Shown here: one piece after another, positions 15,254 to 23,090 of the stretch
Numbering within the stretch: the stretch's first letter is position 1
How the letters are laid out: every line of letters begins with the position of its first letter
DNA from: Azoarcus sp. Aa7
GTDB lineage: Bacteria; Pseudomonadota; Gammaproteobacteria; Burkholderiales; Rhodocyclaceae
Assembly (NCBI GenBank): GCA_014822185.1
Contig: QVLR01000079.1
Coordinates: 101,401-131,400, forward strand
Reading direction: 5' to 3'
Length of the DNA: 30,000 nt
Notes under the pieces: generated by a model
Told to the model about the DNA's origin: nothing
Seen by the model: only the letters and a program-made list of their open reading frames with translations
Databases searched by the model: none
Position numbers and translations under genes: made by a program

Positions 15254-16090
15254 TCAGGCCGCCGACCGGCGCAGGTACTCGTCGTGCAGGCCGTCGAGGT
15301 AGGCCTCGGCGGCGCGGATCGAGCGGCGCGCACGCTCCTCGGCGCTGACCGTCAGCGCGAGGGTGTCGGTCGGGATTTCCAGCGAGTAGGGCATTTCCGG
15401 CATCGCGTCGAGGATGCTGCGCACGTCGATGCCGCCTTCGCCGAGGAAGTTGCGTTCGCTGCGGGCGGTGTGGATGAGGCCTTCGACGGTCGTCGGGATC
15501 TCGGCCGGGGCGTCGCACACCTGCGCGAAGTGGAACCACTCGGGCGGCAGCTTGCGCAGTTCCTCGACGCTGTCGCGGGCGCGGTCGAAGTGCAGCGTGT
15601 CGACGAGGATGCCGGCGTTCGGGCGATTCACCGCGCGCACGACGGCAGCCGCCGCGGCGAGGTTCGGCGTTTCCGTCCAGCTCGGGTACTCGAGGTCGAC
15701 GGTGAGCTTGTAGGGCGCCGCGAGGTCGCACAGGCGGCCGAAACGATCGGTCGCGCGTTCGCGGTTCGCGTCGGGGAGCTGGGCGAGGATGTGGCGGGCG
15801 CCGAGTTCGGCGGCGGCTTCCAGTACGGACACATAGGTCTCGGGCTCGATCTCCGCGGGCATGCGGCAGAGTTCGATGTCGAGCACCTTCACGCCCGTTG
15901 CGGCGAGGCGCGCCTTCACCTCGTTCATCATCGCGCGGTCGTTCTGCAGCGCGAACACGTGTTCGGTCGCGGTGACCGCAGTCAGCCGGAAGCTGACGAA
16001 GTCGTAGCCGGTCTTTGCTGCGATCTCGACCATTTCGGCCGGGGACGTCGTCAGGACCGAGAGGTGGGCGAGGGAGAATTGGTGCGCCAT
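15254..16090 (-). CDS. Sugar-phosphate isomerase/epimerase-type (xylose-isomerase-like) TIM-barrel protein
   Basis: Start at ATG 16090 (MAHQFSLAHLSV) behind a strong GGAGGT RBS. The pattern of barrel motifs (LDIE, LEYP, VDTLHF, SLEIP) is typical of the AP-endonuclease-2/IolE/DSD fold. Confidence 0.8.
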   Translation of the reverse strand: MAHQFSLAHLSVLTTSPAEMVEIAAKTGYDFVSFRLTAVTATEHVFALQNDRAMMNEVKARLAATGVKVLDIELCRMPAEIEPETYVSVLEAAAELGARHILAQLPDANRERATDRFGRLCDLAAPYKLTVDLEYPSWTETPNLAAAAAVVRAVNRPNAGILVDTLHFDRARDSVEELRKLPPEWFHFAQVCDAPAEIPTTVEGLIHTARSERNFLGEGGIDVRSILDAMPEMPYSLEIPTDTLALTVSAEERARRSIRAAEAYLDGLHDEYLRRSAA

Positions 16091-16247
16091 GTCTGGACTA
16101 CCTCCAATAGTGAATGCCGGGGAGCGGCTGCACCGTTTTGCCGATAGTTGCATTAAAGCCTGCGTCGGCTATTTCTGCTGCGCCGGGGGCCACTTCCGGG
16201 GCCCAAGCGAGCAGATCGGTACGACCGATCAAATCTGTGATGAGCTA

Positions 16248-16276
16248 AATATAGAACACGGTTGCGCGAAACGCAA
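16248..16276 (-). promoter_or_regulatory. Sigma70-type promoter TTGCGT-N17-TATATT (minus strand) for the TIM-barrel gene, with box CAACCGTGTTC in the spacer
   Basis: Read directly from the reverse complement of 16248-16276. It has the same architecture as the promoters at 6323 and 16337. The leader to the ATG at 16090 would be about 150 nt. Confidence 0.4.
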
Positions 16277-16336
16277 CGAAAGTTCGTTAAATAGGTTCGA
16301 GGTGCAAAACCATATTGCGCGCAGCGGATTTACGCG

Positions 16337-16365
16337 TTGACAAAACATGAACGCAATTCTAAAGT
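16337..16365 (+). promoter_or_regulatory. Sigma70-type promoter TTGACA-N17-TAAAGT for the IclR gene, with box GAACGCAATTC in the spacer and a perfect-arm palindrome GAACAaTGTTC (16367-16377) at about +1
   Basis: Read directly. Consensus -35, 17-nt spacer, 4/6 -10, ATG at 16401. Confidence 0.5.
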
Positions 16366-16400
16366 GGAACAATGTTCAAGTTTTAAAGCGAGGTGCGGAG

Positions 16401-17231
16401 ATGGCTGGAAGTCTTCTTGCCCGTGCGATGGGAGCGCTGGAGCTCCTCGCCGAAGAGTCGCGCGGACTGCCGTTGCAGGAGATCGCCGATCGCCTGGGGA
16501 TGCCGAAGAGCGGGGCGCACCGCCTGCTGGCCGAGCTGATCCAGCTGCGCTACGTCGCGCAGGATGCGGATTCGGCGCGCTATCTCCTGACGACGCGCCT
16601 GATGTCGCTCGGCTTCAAGCTGCTCGGCAACAGCGGCTTCGTCGAGATCGTGCAGCCCGTGCTGAACCGCCTTGCGACCGTGAGCGGTGAGCTCGTGCGC
16701 CTGGCGGTCGTCGACAACGGGCGTCTTCCGTTCATCGCCAAAGCGCAGGGGGCACGCAGCGGCCTGCGCTTCGACCCGGACATGGGCGGCGAGGCGGCGC
16801 TGTACTGTTCGTCGAGCGGCATGATCTGGCTCGCGAGCCTGCCCGAGAACGAGGCGATCGAGCACGTCGTGCGCCAGGGCTTCACTCTGCCCGAGCAGCG
16901 CGGCGCCCGCGCACCGAAGACGATCGCCGAGGTGATGGCCTTTGTTACGGACGCCCGCGAGCGCGGCTACAGCCGGGCGATCGAGACCTGGGGCCCCGGC
17001 ATGTCATCGATGGCCGCGACCGTGCGTGACCCGCACAGCGGACGCGTCACCGGCGTTGTCAGCATCGCCGGGCCCACGGTACGCCTGACCGAAGAAGCGA
17101 TGGAAAAGCTCGCGCCCGAACTCTTCGCGGCAGCCGAGGAGCTGTCCTCGGTCAGCGCCCTTTCCGAATACCTCAGAAGCATCAATCCGGCCGCGGGACA
17201 GCCCGCGTCGGGCTCTCAACGCGCGGCCTGA
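16401..17231 (+). CDS. IclR-family transcriptional regulator
   Basis: Start at ATG 16401 (MAGSLLARAMGALELL) behind GAGGTGCGGAG. HTH LPLQEIADRLGMPKSGAHRLLAEL, and C-terminal effector domain (ALYCSSSGMIWLA ... MSSMAATV ... GVVSIAGP). Confidence 0.9.
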   Translation: MAGSLLARAMGALELLAEESRGLPLQEIADRLGMPKSGAHRLLAELIQLRYVAQDADSARYLLTTRLMSLGFKLLGNSGFVEIVQPVLNRLATVSGELVRLAVVDNGRLPFIAKAQGARSGLRFDPDMGGEAALYCSSSGMIWLASLPENEAIEHVVRQGFTLPEQRGARAPKTIAEVMAFVTDARERGYSRAIETWGPGMSSMAATVRDPHSGRVTGVVSIAGPTVRLTEEAMEKLAPELFAAAEELSSVSALSEYLRSINPAAGQPASGSQRAA

Positions 17232-17280
17232 CGCGCCTCCTCAAGCAATCGCAGCCAAGGCACCACTGGAGACATCGAAA

Positions 17281-18453
17281 ATGGATTTCAACCTTTCTTC
17301 CGAACAGAAAATGCTCGTCGAGACCGTGCGCCGTTTCGTCGAGAACGAAATGCTGCCGCTCGAAGACGAGATCGAGGAAACCGGCCGCCTCGCGCCGGAG
17401 AAGGCCCGTGCGCTGTTCGAGAAGTCGAGCGCGAACGGCATGTACGCGATGAACATCCCCGAGGAGTTCGGCGGCGGCGGCCTGTCGGCGGTCGACACGA
17501 TGCTCGTCGAGGAGCAGTTCGGCCACGCGAAGGACATCCTGATCCGCCGCGCCTTCGGCAACGTCTATGAAGTGCTGCTGAAGTGCGACGCCGCCCAGCG
17601 CGAGCGCTGGCTGCTGCCGGCGGTGCGTGGCGTGCGTACCTGCTCGATCGCGATCACCGAGCCGAACGCCGGCTCCGACGCGGCGGCGATCAAGACGCGC
17701 GCCGTGCCCGATGGCAAGGGCGGCTGGAAGATCAGCGGCGGCAAGCACTTCATCAGCGACGGCGAGTTCTCGGACTTCTTCGTCGTCTCTGCAGTCACCG
17801 ACCCGAGCGCCGGCGCGAAGGGCATCTCGCTCTTCCTCGTCGACAAGGGCACGTCCGGCTTCATCATCGGCCGCGACCAGAAGATGATGGGCCTGACCGG
17901 CACGAGCCACGTCGAGCTCGCGTTCGATGAAGTTCCGGTCGGCCCGGAAAACCTCCTCGGCGGCGAGGGGCAGGGCTTCAAGCTGATCCTCGAGACGCTC
18001 GGTCGCGTACGCCTCGCCCAGGTGTGCGCCCGTGCCGTCGGCAAGTCGGTGCGCCTGCTGAACCTGATGATCTCCTACGCTCAGGAGCGCAAGCAGTTCG
18101 GCAAGCCGATCGGCGACTTCCAGATGATCCAGCAGATGATCGCGGACAGCGTGGTCGAGATCAACGCGTCGCGCCTGCTGGTGCTGGACGCCGCCAACGA
18201 CATCGACCACGGCGTCGACGCCCGGGACAAGATCTCGATGGCCAAGTTCTACGTCGCCGAAGTGCTCGGCCGCGTCGCCGACCGCGCGGTGCAGGTGTAC
18301 GGTGGCATGGGCTACTGCGCCGATATGCCGATCGAGCGCATGTACCGCGACGCGCGCATCTACCGCATCTTCGACGGCACTTCCGAGATTCATCGCACGG
18401 TCGTCGCGCGCAGCGCGATGAAGCATGGCGAAGCGCTGTACGGAACGATCTGA
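17281..18453 (+). CDS. Acyl-CoA dehydrogenase (FAD-dependent, ETF-linked type)
   Basis: 390 aa. ITEPNAGSD, GGKHFISDG, QFGKPIGDFQ, YGGMGY, and the catalytic-Glu motif RIFDGTSEIHR. Confidence 0.9.
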   Translation: MDFNLSSEQKMLVETVRRFVENEMLPLEDEIEETGRLAPEKARALFEKSSANGMYAMNIPEEFGGGGLSAVDTMLVEEQFGHAKDILIRRAFGNVYEVLLKCDAAQRERWLLPAVRGVRTCSIAITEPNAGSDAAAIKTRAVPDGKGGWKISGGKHFISDGEFSDFFVVSAVTDPSAGAKGISLFLVDKGTSGFIIGRDQKMMGLTGTSHVELAFDEVPVGPENLLGGEGQGFKLILETLGRVRLAQVCARAVGKSVRLLNLMISYAQERKQFGKPIGDFQMIQQMIADSVVEINASRLLVLDAANDIDHGVDARDKISMAKFYVAEVLGRVADRAVQVYGGMGYCADMPIERMYRDARIYRIFDGTSEIHRTVVARSAMKHGEALYGTI

Positions 18454-18466
18454 TCGTCCGACCGAG

Positions 18467-18558
18467 CGTAGGGCGGAAAAGCGAAGCGCCTTCCGCCGGA
18501 TGTTGGCGGCGGGCGGCCCCCATGCGGCGGATTACGCCTTCGGCTCATCCGCCCTACG
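18467..18558. repeat. REP-like composite palindromic element (outer arms CGTAGGGCGG...CCGCCCTACG, two internal imperfect hairpins)
   Basis: Read directly: CGTAGGGCGGAAAAGCGAAGCGCCTTCCGCC ... GGCGGATTACGCCTTCGGCTCATCCGCCCTACG. It shares the GTAGGGCGG terminus with the elements at 20887 and 21953 but has different hairpin interiors. Confidence 0.6.
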
Positions 18559-18584
18559 CGTTCCCGGTAATCATGGAGTGTGAC

Positions 18585-20114
18585 ATGACCATCAACAAAT
18601 TCATGAGCGCGGCCGACGCCGTCGCGCTCGTCCGGGACGACGACACCGTCGGCCTGATCGGCGGCGGCGGCGGCCTCGTCGAAGCTTCATGCATCTTCGC
18701 GGCGCTCGAAAAGCGCTTTCTGGAAATCTCGCAGCCGCGCAATCTGACCGTGGTCCACGCCCTCGGCATCGGCGACAAGAAGACCAAGGGCATGAATTGC
18801 TTCGCCTACGAAGGCATGGTCAAGCGCGTGATCGGCGGCCATTGGGTGTGGTCGCCGCGCATGCAGGAGCTGGCGCGCGACGAGAAGATCGAGGCCTACG
18901 TGCTGCCCGGCGGCGTGATCGCGCAGCTCTTCCGCGAGATCGGTGCCGGCCGGCCGGGGCTGCTGACGCATGTGGGTCTTGGAACATTCGTCGATCCGCG
19001 CATCGATGGCGGCAAGATGAACAAGTCGGCGAAGGAAGACCTCGTCGAGGTCGTCGAGCTCGGCGGCAAGGAATACCTGCGCTACAAGCCCTTCCCGGTG
19101 AACGTCGCGATCATCCGCGGCTCCTACGCCGATGCGCACGGCAACATCTGCATGGACCAGGAACCGGCGAACCTCGACGCCTACGCAGTCGCGCTCGCTG
19201 CGCACAACTCGGGCGGCAAGGTGATCGCGCAGGTGCGCACCGCGGTCGATGTCGGCACGCTACCGGCGCGCTCGGTGCGCATCCCCGGCGCGATCGTCGA
19301 TGCCGTCGTGGTCGATCCTTCGCAGTCGCAGAGCTACGACATCGTGTATGACCCGACGATCTCCGGCGAGCGCCGCGGCCCCGTCCCGCATGAGGCGCCG
19401 CAGCCGCTGTCGGTGCGCCAGGCCACGGCACGTCGCGCGGCGGAAGAGCTGCGCGACGGTGCGGTCATCAACTACGGCGTCGGCGTGCCCGACGCGGTCG
19501 CGAAGCTCGTCGCGGCGCGGGGTGACCTCGACCGCTACTACCAGACGATCGAACACGGCACCTACGGCGGCAACCTGCTCGACGGCATGCTGTTCGGCTT
19601 CGCGCGCAACGCCTCGGCGATGATCGATGCGCCCTCGCAGTTCGACTTCTATTCCGGCGGCGGGCTGGACATCGCCTTCCTCGGTTTCGGCGAGTTCGAC
19701 CGGCACGGCAATGTGAACGCGTCGAAGCTCGGCGGTCTCACCGTCGGCCCCGGTGGCTTCATCGACATCGCGCAGAACGCTCGCAAGGTGGTGTTCTGCG
19801 GCAACTTCGACACGAAGGGTTCGAAGCTCGCGACCGGCCACGGCGAGCTGCACGTGGAGCGCAACGGCGATGTATCCAAGGTCGTCGCCGCTGTAGACCA
19901 GATCACCTTCTCCGGTCCGCAGGCGGTCGTGCGCGGGCAGGAGGTGCTCTACATCACCGAGCGGGCCGTCTTCCGCCTGACCCAGGACGGCGTCGTGCTG
20001 GAAGAGATCGCACCGGGTGTCGACCTGCAGCGCGACATCCTCGACCGGATGGGCTTCAAGCCGCTGATGCCGAAGCAGCCCAGGGTGATGAGCGTCGAAC
20101 ACTTCAAGGAATAA
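18585..20114 (+). CDS. Family I CoA-transferase with fused alpha/beta halves (YdiF / propionate-CoA-transferase type)
   Basis: Start at ATG 18585 (MTINKF; alternative ATG 18573). About 509 aa. VGLIGGGGG, VIGGHW, RGSYADAHGNI, and a candidate catalytic Glu in QTIEHGTYGG. Its length and single-chain organisation match YdiF/Pct rather than two-subunit AtoDA/ScoAB. Confidence 0.85.
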   Translation: MTINKFMSAADAVALVRDDDTVGLIGGGGGLVEASCIFAALEKRFLEISQPRNLTVVHALGIGDKKTKGMNCFAYEGMVKRVIGGHWVWSPRMQELARDEKIEAYVLPGGVIAQLFREIGAGRPGLLTHVGLGTFVDPRIDGGKMNKSAKEDLVEVVELGGKEYLRYKPFPVNVAIIRGSYADAHGNICMDQEPANLDAYAVALAAHNSGGKVIAQVRTAVDVGTLPARSVRIPGAIVDAVVVDPSQSQSYDIVYDPTISGERRGPVPHEAPQPLSVRQATARRAAEELRDGAVINYGVGVPDAVAKLVAARGDLDRYYQTIEHGTYGGNLLDGMLFGFARNASAMIDAPSQFDFYSGGGLDIAFLGFGEFDRHGNVNASKLGGLTVGPGGFIDIAQNARKVVFCGNFDTKGSKLATGHGELHVERNGDVSKVVAAVDQITFSGPQAVVRGQEVLYITERAVFRLTQDGVVLEEIAPGVDLQRDILDRMGFKPLMPKQPRVMSVEHFKE

Positions 20115-20129
20115 CAGGAGATATTGCGA

Positions 20130-20879
20130 ATGAAAGTACTGGTTCCTGTAAAGCGGGTCGCCGATTACAACATCAAGGTGCGCCCGAAGTCCGACGGTTC
20201 GGGCGTCGAGCTTGCGAACGTGAAAATGTCGATGAACCCCTTCGACGAGATTGCCGTCGAGGAGGCGGTGCGGCTGAAGGAGGCGGGCGTCGCGACCGAA
20301 GTCGTCGCGGTGTCCTGCGGGACCGCCGTATGCCAGGAAACACTGCGGACGGCGCTCGCAATGGGCGCGGACCGCGCGATCCTCGTTGAAACCGACGTCG
20401 AGCTGCAGTCGCTCGCGGTCGCGAAGCTGGTCAAGGCGGTCGCCGAGAAGGAAGGCGCTCAGCTCGTGATCTGCGGCAAGCAGGCGATCGACGACGACGC
20501 CAACCAGACCGCGCAGATGCTCGCGGCGCTGCTCGACTGGGGGCAGGCGACCTACGCGTCGAAGGTGGTCGTCGCCGACGGCAATGTCGAAGTGACGCGC
20601 GAGGTCGACGGCGGCCTCGAAACCGTCCGGGTCGCGCTGCCGGCCGTGGTCAGTGCCGACCTGCGCCTGAACGAGCCGCGCTACGCGACGCTGCCCAACA
20701 TCATGAAGGCGAAGAAGAAGCCGCTCGAGACGCTCAAGGCCTCCGAGCTCGGCGTCGACATCGCGCCACGCGTGCAGATGCTGTCGGTCTATACGCCGCC
20801 CGAGCGCAAGGGCGGCATCATGGTCGGTTCGGTCGCCGAACTGGTGCAGAAGCTCAAGGACGAAGCCCGCGTGCTGTGA
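20130..20879 (+). CDS. etfB: Electron transfer flavoprotein, beta subunit
   Basis: ATG 20130 is 9 nt after CAGGAG (the track start at 20124 is a TTG). [18 protein letters not shown] ... [14 protein letters not shown] ... [10 protein letters not shown]. Confidence 0.9.
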   Translation: MKVLVPVKRVADYNIKVRPKSDGSGVELANVKMSMNPFDEIAVEEAVRLKEAGVATEVVAVSCGTAVCQETLRTALAMGADRAILVETDVELQSLAVAKLVKAVAEKEGAQLVICGKQAIDDDANQTAQMLAALLDWGQATYASKVVVADGNVEVTREVDGGLETVRVALPAVVSADLRLNEPRYATLPNIMKAKKKPLETLKASELGVDIAPRVQMLSVYTPPERKGGIMVGSVAELVQKLKDEARVL

Positions 20880-20886
20880 CGATGGA

Positions 20887-20956
20887 CGTAGGGCGGGATG
20901 AAATCCCGCCGAATGGGCCGTGCCGCAGTTCCGGCGGGATTTCATCCCGCCCTACG
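20887..20956. repeat. REP-like doublet: perfect 24-bp inverted repeat CGTAGGGCGGGATGAAATCCCGCC / GGCGGGATTTCATCCCGCCCTACG separated by 22 nt
   Basis: Read directly. Each arm is itself a hairpin (GGCGGGA-tgaaa-TCCCGCC). The element lies inside the etfB-etfA intergenic gap. Confidence 0.8.
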
Positions 20957-21003
20957 GATTAGCGGGATTGCCTTGATAGTGTGAGGATTACGAGAGGATC
21001 CAG

Positions 21004-21957
21004 ATGAAAAGCCTGATCATTGCAGAACAGACCGGCGGCCAGCTCTCGCCGATGACCGGAAACCTCGTCGCCGCCGCATCGAAGATCGGTGGCGAGATCG
21101 ACCTGCTGCTGGTGGGCGCGTCCGGCGTCGCCGCGGCGGCCGAACTGGCGCGCGCCTTTCACGGTGTGACCCGCGTGCTGACAAGCGAGTCGGCGGAATA
21201 CGACGGTTTCACGGCCGAGAACGTCGCGCCGCTGGTGGTCCAGCTCGCCGGCAACGGCTACACCCACATCCTTGCGATCGCTTCCGCCGCGGGCAAGAAC
21301 CTCCTGCCGCATGTCGCCGCGCGGCTCGACGTCGGCATGGTCAGCGAGATCGTCGAGGTCGTCGATGCGGAGACCTTCGTGCGCCCGATCTACGCGGGCA
21401 GCCTGCTGGCGAAGGTGCGCTGCGCCGAACGCGTGCGCGTGCTGTCGGTGCGCGCGACGGCCTTCCCGGCGGTGGAGGCGGGCGGTAGTGCGGCCCCGAT
21501 CGAGGCGGTCGCCGCGAGCGGCGAGCGTGGCAAGTCGAAGGTGATCGGCCAGCAGCTCGCACAGTCCGCTCGTCCCGAGCTGACGGCTGCCCGCATCATC
21601 GTCGCGGGCGGTCGTGGCCTGGGCTCGGCCGAGAATTTCGCCGGCACGATCGAGCCGCTCGCCGACAGCCTCAACGCCGCGGTCGGCGCGTCGCGCGCTG
21701 CGGTCGACTCCGGCTACGTCTCGAACGAAATGCAGGTCGGCCAGACCGGCAAGATCGTCGCGCCCGAGCTCTACGTCGCGGTCGGCATCTCCGGCGCCAT
21801 CCAGCACCTCGCGGGCATGAAGGACAGCAAGGTCATCGTCGCGATTAACAAGGACGAGGAAGCGCCGATCTTCCAGATCGCCGACTACGGTCTCGTCGGC
21901 GACCTGTTCCAGCTCGTGCCTGAGCTGACGCAGGCGATCGCAGCCGCGCGGACGTAG
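21004..21957 (+). CDS. etfA: Electron transfer flavoprotein, alpha subunit
   Basis: 317 aa. C-terminal FAD-binding signature [49 protein letters not shown]. Confidence 0.9.
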   Translation: MKSLIIAEQTGGQLSPMTGNLVAAASKIGGEIDLLLVGASGVAAAAELARAFHGVTRVLTSESAEYDGFTAENVAPLVVQLAGNGYTHILAIASAAGKNLLPHVAARLDVGMVSEIVEVVDAETFVRPIYAGSLLAKVRCAERVRVLSVRATAFPAVEAGGSAAPIEAVAASGERGKSKVIGQQLAQSARPELTAARIIVAGGRGLGSAENFAGTIEPLADSLNAAVGASRAAVDSGYVSNEMQVGQTGKIVAPELYVAVGISGAIQHLAGMKDSKVIVAINKDEEAPIFQIADYGLVGDLFQLVPELTQAIAAART

Positions 21958-22024
21958 GGCGGGATGAAATCCCGCCGCACCCATAAATACATCATTCGGT
22001 TCGGCGGGATTCCATCCCGCCCCG
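21953..22024. repeat. REP-like doublet, second copy (left arm identical to 20887-20910, right arm with 3 mismatches, 26-nt AT-rich spacer)
   Basis: Read directly. The left arm starts at 21953, so the etfA TAG stop (21955-21957) is the TAG of CGTAGGGC. Confidence 0.7.
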
Positions 22025-22049
22025 CGGCCCCCGACAGGATCCTCCCCGC

Positions 22050-22931
22050 ATGAACGCGTCCGCCGCCCACCACCCGATACGCGGCATCCTCTACCTGATG
22101 GGTGCGCTCGCGCTCTTCGCGCTGCTCGACACGGTCTCCAAGACGCTCGCGTCGCGGCACCCTGTCGCCGTCGTGGTCTGGGGGCGGTACTTCGCGCACT
22201 TCGTGATCACGCTGCTGGTGTTCGTCCCGCGTTACGGCACGAGTCTTTTCAAGAGCGCGCGGCCTGGCCTGCAGCTCGCGCGCGGGCTCACGCTGGTGGG
22301 CACGACCGGAGCGGTCGTTGCTGCCTTCCAGCACATGCCGCTCGCCGAAGTCACTGCGCTCGTGTTCGTCACGCCCTTCCTCGTGATGATCCTGGCGGTG
22401 AGCTTCCTCGGCGAGAAGATGCCCGCCTGGCGCTGGATTCCGGTCATCGTCGGCTTCTCGGGTGTGCTGCTGATCGCCCGCCCGTCCAGTAGCGCCTTCA
22501 ACGTCGGGGTGGTGTACGTCCTGCTCGGGGCAGTGTGCTACGCGGTTTATCAGGTGCTGACGCGCAAGCTGAGCGCTGTCGACCGCTCCGTGACCCAGCT
22601 TTCCTGGACCGCCCTCATCGGCGCCGCGACCATGTGCGTGCTGGTGCCCAACTACTGGATTCACGGCGCGCTGGGCCTGCGCGACTGGCTGATGATCGGC
22701 TCGCTCGGCGTCCTCGCCGCGAGCGGCCATCTGCTGATGATCATGGCTCTGCGCGCCGCGCCGGCGACGACGCTGAGCCCCTTCACCTACGCCCAGCTGG
22801 TGTGGGCGACGCTGCTGGGGTGGCTGGTATTCGGGGATTTTCCGGATCGGCTGTCGCTCATCGGGATGGCGATCATCGTGGCATCCGGAGTGGCCGTGGC
22901 GTATTCGGAGCGCTTCAGCCGCACGAGCTGA
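22050..22931 (+). CDS. EamA/DMT-superfamily transporter
   Basis: 293 aa, 10 predicted hydrophobic segments, two EamA-like halves. Confidence 0.85.
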   Translation: MNASAAHHPIRGILYLMGALALFALLDTVSKTLASRHPVAVVVWGRYFAHFVITLLVFVPRYGTSLFKSARPGLQLARGLTLVGTTGAVVAAFQHMPLAEVTALVFVTPFLVMILAVSFLGEKMPAWRWIPVIVGFSGVLLIARPSSSAFNVGVVYVLLGAVCYAVYQVLTRKLSAVDRSVTQLSWTALIGAATMCVLVPNYWIHGALGLRDWLMIGSLGVLAASGHLLMIMALRAAPATTLSPFTYAQLVWATLLGWLVFGDFPDRLSLIGMAIIVASGVAVAYSERFSRTS

Positions 22932-22999
22932 GTTGTCGGGCTGCGCTGCCGGTTGCGGACCGGGACGCCCTGCGATGCGAGCTTGCTCCTTCAGATAAC

Positions 23000-23033
23000 A
23001 AAAAAAGCGCGCCGGAGGTCGCCCCGGCGCGCT
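23000..23033 (-). terminator. Rho-independent terminator of the RTX gene (minus strand)
   Basis: 10-bp stem AGCGCGCCGG / CCGGCGCGCT (23006-23015 / 23024-23033). The plus-strand A7 run (23000-23006) gives a U-tract after the hairpin on the minus-strand transcript. Confidence 0.7.
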
Positions 23034-23090
23034 TGGGTTGGTGACGATCGGATTGCCGGCGGGGCCGAGGCCCCGCGCGGCGATTTTCGA

